Assembly: GCA_963728405.1 (NCBI GenBank)
Contig: CAVSJV010000002.1
Location: 64,001-128,000 of the forward strand
Length of the DNA stretch: 64,000 nucleotides
Direction: 5' to 3'
Origin: Methanomassiliicoccaceae archaeon
GTDB lineage: Archaea; Thermoplasmatota; Thermoplasmata; Methanomassiliicoccales; Methanomassiliicoccaceae
Under the pieces are notes generated by a model, which saw only the letters and a program-made list of their open reading frames with translations, was not told where the DNA came from and searched no databases. Below are positions 10,687-19,828 of the stretch, piece by piece; positions within the stretch are counted from its first letter, which is position 1, and the number at the start of each line of letters is the position of its first letter. The translations under genes and the position numbers were made by a program.

Positions 10687-11708
10687 GGTTCGATAAGATC
10701 TGGATCGTGGCCAAGAAGGACCTCGCCGAGTTCAGGACAAACAAGTACGTCATGTACTCCATCCTGCTGATGCCCCTGCTATTGTCGATCGTTCTGCCGA
10801 CTATCTATCTCGCTCCTTTCAGCTCGTTGGTCTCCAACAATCAGCCGCTGGATGTGGGGCATTCTCTGAACATGACGGTCATCGATGACCAGACCCTTTC
10901 CAATGGGACCTACACCAATACGACGTTCAACTATTGCGACCTCACGGACATCGTCGCCATCAACTGCCGGTTCGAGGGTTCTAACGTCATCAACTCTCTG
11001 GTCCGTGACTCGTACATGGGGAACTCGACCCTCAACGGTTCGGCCCTTTTCCACTCGAACTACTGGAATGTCAATTACGTCGGCTCTACGGTATCGAACT
11101 CTATCGACATCAGTGGACAGTCCAGCGATCAGGCCTTTCTGCTGCAGTTCATCAACTTCCTGCTCATCTTCTTCATCATGATCCCGGTCATCCTGCCCAC
11201 GGTCATGGCTTCCTATTCGTTCGTGGGAGAGAAGCTCAACAGGAGCCTAGAACCCCTGCTGGCCACCCCGACCACTGACTCGGATCTGCTGGCCGGCAAG
11301 GCGTTGTCCATCTTCCTGCCCTGCATGGTGATGACCTGGCTATCGTTCATTCCGTTCGTGGCCATCGTCGACCTGTTCACCACCAAGCCCTTGGGTTATG
11401 CGCCTCTTCCTGACGCTACCTGGCTGATCGGGGTCTTCCTTATCGCCCCCTTGTTCTGTGTGATGAGCATCGCTCTCAATGTTGTGGTCTCCTCGCGGGT
11501 GAGCGATGTCCGCGCCTCCCAACAGATCGGCTCGCTCGTCGTCCTGCCGGTGGTGGTGTTCTTCGTGGTCGCCTTGGCGGGGTTCTTCACCCTCGGTCCG
11601 GAGGTGATGCTGCTTATGGCTGGCATCATCCTATTGGCCGACCTGGGGATCGCCTTCCTCTCTCTGAAGACCTTCCAGCGGGAGCAGATCCTGATACGCT
11701 GGAAGTGA
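10683..11708 (+). CDS. ABC-2 type permease with Asn/Ser-rich extracellular insert
   Basis: SFVGEKLNRSLEPLLATP motif, about 6 TM helices, coupled to ATPase. Confidence 0.85.
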   Translation: MRFDKIWIVAKKDLAEFRTNKYVMYSILLMPLLLSIVLPTIYLAPFSSLVSNNQPLDVGHSLNMTVIDDQTLSNGTYTNTTFNYCDLTDIVAINCRFEGSNVINSLVRDSYMGNSTLNGSALFHSNYWNVNYVGSTVSNSIDISGQSSDQAFLLQFINFLLIFFIMIPVILPTVMASYSFVGEKLNRSLEPLLATPTTDSDLLAGKALSIFLPCMVMTWLSFIPFVAIVDLFTTKPLGYAPLPDATWLIGVFLIAPLFCVMSIALNVVVSSRVSDVRASQQIGSLVVLPVVVFFVVALAGFFTLGPEVMLLMAGIILLADLGIAFLSLKTFQREQILIRWK

Positions 11709-11786
11709 AACCTTTCCCTTTTGGGTTTGGATTGCGCTGATAGATTTAAATGACCGGCGATGAAAAACACATAACAAGGGTTCAAG

Positions 11787-12300
11787 GTGACCCAGGAACA
11801 AAGGCCGCACTGCACCTTCATCTACGACCAGGTCTCTCGCATTTCATCCCCGTCCTTCTCGGAGGCGGAGCATCGAGGTCGGCTGAAGGATCGCCTGTTC
11901 AGAGAAGGAAGCATCCTCTCCAACCTGTTCTCCGGGATGTTCAGGAGGCGGCACGACCGTCTCATCCAAGAGGCCGAGGCATGGATCCACCGAGAGCCGG
12001 GTTCGATGTCGGTGACTTGGTACAGGTCCGTCCGATCAACGAGATACGGGTGACCCTTGACGGTAGTGGGGTTGTCGAGGTCTCAGCTTCATGCCGTAGA
12101 TGGAACAGTACTGTGGTCGTCGACTCCGAGCGCATAAGCGGGTCCAGCGGATCATGATGGGGTCCACCGGAGAGCTGCGAAGACCATCCATGCCCAGGCG
12201 ATATTGGAAGGAGCTAGCCGCGATAGCTCGGCCCATCAGGGCTGTGATAGGTGCTGCCCCTGCTTCTGGCGGGAGCAATGGCTCAAGCGGGTCCCTTTAG
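11787..12300 (+). pseudogene. Decayed gene for a Cys-rich hypothetical protein
   Basis: Fragments across several frames, GDLVQVRPINEIRVTLD / CRGLSFMP*MEQYCGRRLR..KRV / ILEG...HQGCDRCC.CFWREQWLKRV, with in-frame TAG at 12097. Confidence 0.65.
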
Positions 12301-12353
12301 GCTCGGGAGTGAAAAAGAAAGAGAAAGGGGGGCCAAGAGACCCCCCCAGGTGT

Positions 12354-13454
12354 TCAGCTCTGCTTCCAAGTGGAGATGGCCACGCCCACTCCCATGAACA
12401 CTGCAGTCAGCACCCCCAGGATGATCAGGTTGTTGAGGGCGCCGCTATTGTTGGCGTAGATCATGGCATCCCGAAGACCGTTGTTCACATAGGTCAGGGG
12501 CATGACCTTGGCAATGACCTGCAGGTAGGTTGGCATCGATTCCAGCGGGAAGAACGATCCCGCCAGGAACATCATGGGGAAGGTGATGGCCCCGGCCGCC
12601 GCACCGGCGGTCTCCTCTTCCTTGACGAATCGGGCGATGATCAGGCCTAGGGCCGAGAACATCGCGCTGGCCAGTATGATGATGCCTATCGAGATGGCGT
12701 CGAGGGTCAGATGGACGTTGAAGGCCAGGTTCCCGACGACCAGGATGATGCCCACTGACAGGAAGACGGTGATGATCTGCCAAAGGATCAGGGAGATGAG
12801 CCACTCCGCCTGAGTGATGGGTGTGGTCGCCAGTTTCTTGAATATGCCGTTCTCCCGGTACCGGGTCTGCAGACCGACCATCCAATTCACCGTGGTGGTC
12901 ATGGCGGTGAGGCCGATGACGCCGGGCAGGAAGAAGTCGATATAGTTGAACTGGTTGTTGTTGGCGATCCCCTGGAACTCGGTATTTACCACCATGGTCC
13001 CGTTGGCCAGGTAGAGATTGGTGCCCTGAGTGATGGCCGTTACGGCGGTTGCCACGGTCAACGACGAGCCGCTGGAATTGTCCAGACGCAGCTCGACGGT
13101 CACGTTCTGCCTGTACGGTTCGGGAGCGAAGGCGTTCTGGAAGTCCTTCGGTATGATGAGGAACGACGCGATAGAATTATCTTTGATGTACTGGGTCGCG
13201 GATACGTTCGGGTCGACATCGACGATTTTGAGCACCTTGGTGTCCGTAAGGGCCTGAATGAACTCATGGGAGGCCGCTGTATTGTCCATGTCCTGCACGT
13301 ACAGGTTGTAAGTGGTCGTCCCGCTGCCACTGAAGATCGCCCCGAACAAGAGGATCAGGAGCACTGGAAAGGCCACGGTCCAGAAGACCGCTCCCGGGCT
13401 GCGGAAGAACATCTTGGCGGTGGCGATGAAGTTGATCAGTATCCGATTGGCCAT
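12354..13454 (-). CDS. ABC-2 type permease
   Basis: YIDFFLPGVIG, RENGIFKKLATTP, FPMMFLAGSFFP, PLTY. Confidence 0.88.
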   Translation of the reverse strand: MANRILINFIATAKMFFRSPGAVFWTVAFPVLLILLFGAIFSGSGTTTYNLYVQDMDNTAASHEFIQALTDTKVLKIVDVDPNVSATQYIKDNSIASFLIIPKDFQNAFAPEPYRQNVTVELRLDNSSGSSLTVATAVTAITQGTNLYLANGTMVVNTEFQGIANNNQFNYIDFFLPGVIGLTAMTTTVNWMVGLQTRYRENGIFKKLATTPITQAEWLISLILWQIITVFLSVGIILVVGNLAFNVHLTLDAISIGIIILASAMFSALGLIIARFVKEEETAGAAAGAITFPMMFLAGSFFPLESMPTYLQVIAKVMPLTYVNNGLRDAMIYANNSGALNNLIILGVLTAVFMGVGVAISTWKQS

Positions 13455-13456
13455 TA

Positions 13457-14389
13457 TCAGCACGCCCCTGCTTCCTCGCCGTCCGCCAACCGCTTGCCGG
13501 TCAGGGAAAGGAACACATCCTCCAGCGTCGCCCTTCTCAGTTGGATCTCATCATAGTACACATCGCCTTTCTCCAGGCGCAGGACCGCTTCGGGCAGAAC
13601 TTCCTTACGGTCGAGACGCACTACGACATCGATGCCCCTCAGCTCCACTTGAGGGGAGATGCCCTTGAGCTGCTCGTAGGCCTTGGAGTTGCCGCCCCGC
13701 ACCCACATTGAGGTTCCGGAACCGTACTTGTCAATGATCTCCCGGGGGGAACCAAGAGCGATGAATTTGCCGCTGTTCATGATGGCTACGCGGTCCGAGA
13801 GCACTTCGGCCTCTTCCATGTAGTGGGTGGTGAGGATGACCGTCTTCCCTTTGGTCTTGAGGCCTTTGACGACATCCCAGACCTCTCGTCGGGCCTTGGG
13901 ATCGAGCCCCGTGGTCGGCTCGTCCAGGAAGATGATGTCTGGGTCGTTGACCATGGAGATGGCCACCCCGACCCTTTGCTTCAGCCCTCCGGACAAGTTC
14001 TTGAAGTAAACGTCCCGCTTATCTTCCAGGTTGACCAGTTTGATCAACGTTTCGGCATCCAGGCGATGGCTGAACATTCCGCCAAAGTAATCGATGTTCT
14101 CCTTAACGGTCAGCAGATCGAAGGCGTTGAAGTCCTGAGGAAGGACCCCTACTTTCTTTTTGATATCGCGTACCTGACCCTCAATGTTCAGGCCCAGTAT
14201 GGTCACCTCCCCGGAGGTCTTGGTCTTCAGACACTCGATGATCTCCACCGTGGTGGTCTTCCCTGCACCATTGGGGCCCAGGATGGAGAACACTTCCCCT
14301 TTGTGGACCTCGAAGTCTATACCATCCACCGCGGTGAAGTCCCCGTACTTTTTGACGAGCTTGTTGACAGTGATGACATTCTCAGCCAT
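13457..14389 (-). CDS. ABC-2 type transporter ATP-binding subunit
   Basis: GPNGAGKTT, LSGGLKQR, FLDEPTTGLDP, LTTHYMEEAE. Confidence 0.92.
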   Translation of the reverse strand: MAENVITVNKLVKKYGDFTAVDGIDFEVHKGEVFSILGPNGAGKTTTVEIIECLKTKTSGEVTILGLNIEGQVRDIKKKVGVLPQDFNAFDLLTVKENIDYFGGMFSHRLDAETLIKLVNLEDKRDVYFKNLSGGLKQRVGVAISMVNDPDIIFLDEPTTGLDPKARREVWDVVKGLKTKGKTVILTTHYMEEAEVLSDRVAIMNSGKFIALGSPREIIDKYGSGTSMWVRGGNSKAYEQLKGISPQVELRGIDVVVRLDRKEVLPEAVLRLEKGDVYYDEIQLRRATLEDVFLSLTGKRLADGEEAGAC

Positions 14390-14509
14390 TTTTAGAACCA
14401 AGAACAAAATGATATGCGCTGTATAAAAACGATTTCAAAGTCGGCCACCCCCGTAGACCGGCAAAATGAATAAGGTCAGGGGCAATTCCCGGCTGGGCAA
14501 GGTGTTTCG

Positions 14510-15233
14510 GTGTCATCGTTAAGATATGACAGACAGGTAAGTCTTCCGGGGTTCGGGGAGGAAGGTCAGGAGCGGCTCCGCCAAAGCACGGTGGGCATCA
14601 TGGGGATCGGAGGTCTGGGAAGTCCCGCCGCCTATTATCTTGCCGCGGCAGGGGTCGGTCGACTGATCTTGGCCGATCCTCAGGGGCCTGACCTTACCAA
14701 TCTGAATCGCCAGCTCCTGCACTGGGAGGAGGACGTCGGCCGGGGGAGCAAACCTCGATCAGCGGCCTGGAAGCTGGAGCGGTTCAACTCCGAGATCGAG
14801 GATCATTGCCCGGACCGAGGAGGTCACTCCCGAGAACATTGGAGTGGTGTTCAAGGGCGCGGACGTCATCCTGGACTGCCTGGACGGATTCCCGGCCCGT
14901 TACGTTCTCAACGACCACTCCATCTCCGCGGGTATCCCTTTCATCCACGCGGCCGTAGAGGGGATGCACGGTCAGGTCACCACCATCGTGCCCGAACAGA
15001 CCCCCTGCTTGCGATGCCTGTTCCCCCGGGCCCCGACGATGCAGGGGGCCTTCCCCATCCTGGGGGCCACCGCCGGCGTGTTCGGTTCCCTACAGGCGGC
15101 CGAGGCGGTCAAACTGCTGACCGGAGTGGGAGAACCGTTATGCTCGAAGCTGCTGGTCGGCGACCTGCAGTTCAACAGCTGGGAAATGATCGAGGTGGCC
15201 CGGGCGGATACATGCCCCGCGTGTAAAAAATAG
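14510..15233 (+). CDS. ThiF/MoeB/UbaA-family adenylyltransferase (extra G near 14800)
   Basis: RYDRQ, GIGGLGS, NLNRQLLH in first frame; DCLD, PCLRCLFP, CPAC in second frame. Confidence 0.88.
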
Positions 15234-15249
15234 GGAAGGGGGAGGACGT

Positions 15250-15618
15250 TCAGTCCTCTAGGGGTTTGTAATCTATCAGGTTCTGCAGGCTCTTGACCCC
15301 GACCTTGACATGGTCGACGGCCTGCCCAAGGACCACGGCCCCGTCGGGGGTCAGGCGGTATATGCGCTTCCTGCCCACGGTCTCCTGAGATATGAGCCCT
15401 GACCGCTGCAGCTCCTGCAGAGCGGGATATATCGAACCAGGGCTAGGCCTCCAGGTGTGCTCGCTGAGGCGGTCGATCTCCTTCATGATAGCGTAGCCAT
15501 GCATCGGCCGCTCCGAGATCATCTTCATTATCGCCAGTTTCAGGAAACCCGAATGGAAACTGCTGAAGCTGAACGCATCCCTCATCTCCTCGCAAACCGC
15601 CTCTGTTATGTCAGCCAA
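15250..15618 (-). CDS. PadR-family transcriptional regulator
   Basis: PMHGYAIM, PSPGSIYPALQEL, RKRIYRLT. Confidence 0.9.
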   Translation of the reverse strand: MADITEAVCEEMRDAFSFSSFHSGFLKLAIMKMISERPMHGYAIMKEIDRLSEHTWRPSPGSIYPALQELQRSGLISQETVGRKRIYRLTPDGAVVLGQAVDHVKVGVKSLQNLIDYKPLED

Positions 15619-15627
15619 TTTGATTCC

Positions 15628-16353
15628 TCATAGGAAATAGAACCGCATCCCGTGCTGGGCGCAGAGATTGGCCATGAGCTCCATGCGCTCGACCACCCCA
15701 CCGTAGCGCCTGGCCGGTCCCTTGCCCTCGCCCTCGAGCTTCTCCTTGAGCACCTTGCACTCGGCCGCCAGCTTCTTGGCGTCCTCGGGGGAGAGCTTCT
15801 CTCGGCTCTGGGCCAGCTCCGGTATGCGGGCCACAACGGTAAGGCCATGCTTCTTGGCGATCTCTGGCAACTGGGAGTTCTCCGGTCCGAAGGAGCCGAT
15901 GCAGCCCCGGCCCTTGTCCCACGACATGCCGCACTTGCCGCAGATGACGTTGGTCTCATCGAGCGGGACGGTGTCCCACTGGGTCATTAGGTTGTCTGGT
16001 CCCGCCTTCTTGATGATTTCCTCGACCTGAGGGGGGGAAAGGCTCGCCAGAACGACCCAACCCGTATAGACCTTCTTCGCCACTGGGCGCAGTTTTGCCA
16101 GGTCCTCATCCTTTTTGACCTTCTCCAGAAGGAAGCTCTCCTTCTCGCCGTCCAGGCGATTCCTCTTCAAGAACCCCTCCCAATCGGATGAGAACAACTT
16201 CTTGGCATCCTCGGTCTGTACCATCTCGTCATAATCCGCGCAGGCCTCGAAACCCTGAATCGAACCCAGGCGGGCCTTCAGGACAGTCTGCTTTCCAATC
16301 TTGCACATTGAGTTATTACTGTCCAGTTCACAAATAGCCATGCTGATTCCCAT
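15628..16353 (-). CDS. Conserved hypothetical Cys-containing protein
   Basis: 241-aa ORF with CGKC..SWDKGRGC; immediately upstream of padR. Confidence 0.75.
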   Translation of the reverse strand: MGISMAICELDSNNSMCKIGKQTVLKARLGSIQGFEACADYDEMVQTEDAKKLFSSDWEGFLKRNRLDGEKESFLLEKVKKDEDLAKLRPVAKKVYTGWVVLASLSPPQVEEIIKKAGPDNLMTQWDTVPLDETNVICGKCGMSWDKGRGCIGSFGPENSQLPEIAKKHGLTVVARIPELAQSREKLSPEDAKKLAAECKVLKEKLEGEGKGPARRYGGVVERMELMANLCAQHGMRFYFL

Positions 16354-16435
16354 GTTGTGCCCCCTTGTCGGGCCGTCTAGCTTCAGGATGGTATTTATCG
16401 TTTTTCTTGAGTTTCTTCGTTCTTGACCGGACCTT

Positions 16436-16933
16436 CTAGGGCTTTATGGTGGAACCTAATGTGCTCATCTCATTCACCGATGGCTGTCTGGACCGCAACC
16501 ATTCCTTTCGGTAAGAGAGCAGCTCGGCCAGGTAGTACAGCCCCTTGAGCGAGGCGGCCAGGATGAACAGCAGGACCAGACCGGTGAACGAGATGGACAA
16601 CCCGAACTGGTCGAACTCCAGGACCAGGTTCCCACCACGTGTGACGAACCAGATCCATAGGCAGACCAGCACCACCACGATCGTCCCGAAGATGAAGCGG
16701 GAGATGGAACCGCGGGGATAGAAGCCGCGGAAGAATGAAAGGACGGCGATCGGTATGCCGAATATCACCACGATGTTCATGACCTCTTCGAGGCCGATCT
16801 GTTTAGCTATGTCCTGACCGCCGGCCTGCACCAGCAGGGAGGATGCCCCTATCAGCAGGATGAGCGGGAGGAGGAGATATTTGATCCCTGACACCACCGA
16901 CGCGATGATGCCCTTTCCTACAGTTGCCATCAT
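16436..16933 (-). CDS. Four-TM membrane protein
   Basis: Four hydrophobic segments. Confidence 0.7.
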   Translation of the reverse strand: MMATVGKGIIASVVSGIKYLLLPLILLIGASSLLVQAGGQDIAKQIGLEEVMNIVVIFGIPIAVLSFFRGFYPRGSISRFIFGTIVVVLVCLWIWFVTRGGNLVLEFDQFGLSISFTGLVLLFILAASLKGLYYLAELLSYRKEWLRSRQPSVNEMSTLGSTIKP

Positions 16934-16948
16934 CCAGGGAGAACTCGC

Positions 16949-17771
16949 TCATAGCATCCCTTCCCATTGGTAAACGTAGTCCTGATGCAGGGTGGCCCCC
17001 TGGAATGTCAGGCCTGTGCCGACGGTCAGGTCCTCGGGATGGGTCCTGAGCCAAAGGGCGGCCTCCTGATCGATGGTAAAGCGCAGCTGCCCCTGATTGT
17101 AGCTCTGCAATACGATGGTTTGCGCGGCAGAACCCAGCAGGGAGGTGGAGTTCCTCAGGGTGGCTTGGAGATCGACGGTACTACCGATCACAACATCAGA
17201 GGCGCTGAATGTGTAGGGCACCAGGACGTCTATGCTCGTCCCGTTGATCTGGGTCTGGATCCCTCCGGTGTCCACCATGAAATCGCTGATCAGCGGCTTC
17301 CAGTCCATGGATTGGTTGGTGTGCACAGTCCGCCTTGATCAGGCCCATGCTATATCCCGCCGCCATCCCCACCTCCACGTTCAGCCTGGTGCTTTCGAAC
17401 ACCAGTCTCTTTAGTTCTGTGGTCGGCACGGTGCTGAGGTCCAGCTCCATGTCGATGTTGACCTGAGTGGTCCGTCCCTTGACAATGGTCACCGGGTCGG
17501 AAGCATGGTCGGCGATGAGGTAGTCACCGTCGCTGACTCGGAAATGCACGCTGAAGTCCGTGATGTCGAAGTAACCACCATTGTAGATATCCATAGGGAT
17601 GGTGAACTTCGCCACGTTGTTCTCGTAGCTCGGTTTGGCCAGTTCCTCCTGGGGCAGGTGGATGCGCAGTCCCCCGCTCGCTAAGGGGAGGACGCTCAGA
17701 ACGATGATCGCCACGATCGCCAGATTGACGAGGATGATGCCGACCCGGACCCCCAGAAGACCCCAACGCAT
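16949..17771 (-). CDS. Membrane-anchored beta-rich extracellular protein (extra G near 17330)
   Basis: N-terminal TM; ORFs 17196-17792 and 16949-17326 join as MGLIKATVHTNQS if one G is removed. Confidence 0.7.
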
Positions 17772-17923
17772 GTCCGTGCATCTAACAATCATTCTTTATT
17801 CTTTACTTTGATATAATCGGGTCCTGATAATGATGGAGATCTTCAAAAGCGTCCCGATTAGGCGAAGCTGCCTAGCAAAAGATATATCAACGCTCCCTAA
17901 TTAACGCGGACACGGGGTAATTG

Positions 17924-18217
17924 ATGGATAGTGAGTTGTTAGAGGTGGAATGCCCGATGTGCGACCACAGGATATCTGTCGACGCGGTCCGTTGCCCTAA
18001 CTGTAATGCCGTCTTTTCCTTATGTGGAGTGGACGAGCTGCAAAAGGTGGCCCGGGAGCTGAACGGCCTGGATGCCACGGATAAGCCTTCCGAGGTGGGG
18101 GGCGATCCCCCCCGGGCTGAGGGGAACACCATTGCCGATGGTCACAAGATGCCGGAAACTAGCGAGCCGAAGGGGAAGAACAGCATCCTGGGCAAGCTCT
18201 TCAAGAAGAAGAAGTAG
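17924..18217 (+). CDS. Zinc-ribbon protein
   Basis: ECPMC...RCPNC; basic C-terminus KLFKKKK. Confidence 0.7.
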   Translation: MDSELLEVECPMCDHRISVDAVRCPNCNAVFSLCGVDELQKVARELNGLDATDKPSEVGGDPPRAEGNTIADGHKMPETSEPKGKNSILGKLFKKKK

Positions 18218-18253
18218 GGCGAAAGCATCGCCAGAGCGTAGGTTGGATGGTCG

Positions 18254-18751
18254 ATGAGCGAGATAAGGATCAGGAAACGTCACCGTCTCCGGGAGAAGGA
18301 GATCAAGCTCCTGGAGGAAGAGATACGGGCCCGTCTCGGGGTCGAGCCGTTCAAGCCAGGGGACGCGGTCGACCGGGCGGAGAGCACTGACTTCGACGTT
18401 CTGTTCATCGGCAACCAGGTCCAGGGCATCATTTACCAAGGCAAGGCCTTCCTGACCGTCCGGGGTCTCCTGAAGAACCCCGCCGCCAAATCCTACGTGG
18501 TCGTGGACATGGGGGCGGTCCCCTTCGTCACCAAAGGCGCGGACATCATGGGCCCGGGCATCGTGGACGCCGATCCAGCGATTGTGCCGGGGGACCTGGT
18601 CTGGATCAAGGACATCAAGAACGGCCGGCCCCTGGCCATCGGCGAAGCCTTGATCGGCGGTGAGCAGATGAAGACCCGGGCCCCCGGGAAGGCCATCAAG
18701 AGCATTCATTACGTTGCTGACAAACTGTGGAAGGTCGACGAGGACCAGTAG
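18254..18751 (+). CDS. PUA-domain RNA-binding protein (Tma20/MCT-1-like)
   Basis: VVVDMGAVPFVTKGADIMGPGIV, GKAIKSIHYVADKLW. Confidence 0.9.
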   Translation: MSEIRIRKRHRLREKEIKLLEEEIRARLGVEPFKPGDAVDRAESTDFDVLFIGNQVQGIIYQGKAFLTVRGLLKNPAAKSYVVVDMGAVPFVTKGADIMGPGIVDADPAIVPGDLVWIKDIKNGRPLAIGEALIGGEQMKTRAPGKAIKSIHYVADKLWKVDEDQ

Positions 18752-18879
18752 CCCCCCGCTCATTTCTACCCATCGGAACGATGGGGTGCATGCCCATCAA
18801 TGCCAATATCTTGAACTGGACCGGGAGGAGCCACTCTCCCTCAACTCTCCTTCTGACCGGCCCATTGGTCTGCGGACGC

Positions 18880-19290
18880 TCGATGGGTGAGGCCAGGAAG
18901 GCACTGTGATCGATCCCCGCGTTCCGCAAGATGGTCGGGGGAGGTCGCGGCGGACATGGCAGTGGAGGCCGTGTTGGACCTGTGGGCCAACAGCCGAACC
19001 AGGCGCCCATGCCTCTCTAAGAGGGGGCCGACTTCCGGACGCTAGAGTGCTCGATGATCTGGCATGACGTCCTGCTCGTCGCCGAGTCCTCGGCCGGTTC
19101 GACCGGCTGCGGCAGGACCCCACCTCAGGGAGATGATCTCGTTCATGACTGCACAAGGGGACGCTAATGGGCGATTCACCCCGGGATCGGTCTGGATGCT
19201 GTGGAAGGGGTGGGACTTCGGGCAGAGGAAAGAGCCTTCAAGGACGCTGACCTGGGCGGTCCACCGCTTCCTCTTCAGGTTCGAAGGGCT
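18880..19290 (+). pseudogene. Decayed 3' part of a prenyltransferase/squalene-cyclase-like-repeat hypothetical gene
   Basis: Frame-hopping peptide AVEAVLDLWANSRTRRPC..RGADFRTL..MIWHDVLLVAE/VLGRFDRLRQDP/LREMI..QGDANGRFTPGSVWMLWKGWDFGQRKEPSRTLT resembles a recalled family C-terminus; boundaries approximate. Confidence 0.6.
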
Positions 19291-19361
19291 GGTCGGATCC
19301 GAAGCCAACCCATGCAAAAGCTAAATAGCCAACATCGTATTCCCAGAAACGTAGGGATGCC

Positions 19362-19745
19362 ATGTCTTTGCTCAGCAGAAAGCCTTTTGCGAAGAATAAA
19401 GAGGACGTTCAGACCGTGGAGACGGACCAGTACATCGACCTCGGTGCCATGCACTTCGATGACGAGTCTGCCACCGGTGGAAAGGGAATGATAAAGCTTG
19501 CCGAGATCTACCGTTTCGAGGACCTCTCCGAGCTTACTCAGCCAGTCTACGACGGTAACATCCTCATTCTAGATTATGCCAATATCGCCAATGACATCGA
19601 TACTCTCAAGAGGATCACCAGCGAGCTCAAGGCCGTCGCTAGGGACACCAACGGGGACGTCGCGGCCATTGGGCACGACCTCATCGTGGTATCCCCTCGG
19701 GGCACCAAGATCGACCGCAATAAGATCAAGGGCGGGTTCAAGTAA
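19362..19745 (+). CDS. sepF: Cell division protein SepF
   Basis: YIDL N-terminal motif, VYDGNILILD, GDVAAIGHDLIVVSPRGTKIDR. Confidence 0.88.
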   Translation: MSLLSRKPFAKNKEDVQTVETDQYIDLGAMHFDDESATGGKGMIKLAEIYRFEDLSELTQPVYDGNILILDYANIANDIDTLKRITSELKAVARDTNGDVAAIGHDLIVVSPRGTKIDRNKIKGGFK

Positions 19746-19828
19746 ACCCCCAAACCACTTTCCAAAACCATATAGTAATGTTTCTGGAAAGGCCAAGGAT
19801 TATTATCTACTGGACCGTTTAATAGGGC

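Noticed and set aside
12097-12099. In-frame TAG as a pyrrolysine codon
   Set aside because: It lies in a gene with additional frameshifts; a GAG to TAG nonsense mutation is more parsimonious.
1990-14297. Two-mismatch operator-like hits (GGATGG-AACTT-CCTGCC near 1990; GGATGG-AGAAC-ACTTCC at 14281)
   Set aside because: One is inside a CDS and neither has the 9-nt TATA spacing; such hits are expected by chance.
18752-19361. Possible RNase P or SRP RNA in long GC-rich gaps (also 27615-28297)
   Set aside because: No GAGGAAAGUCC P4 or SRP helix-8 consensus; decayed coding sequence explains the gaps better.
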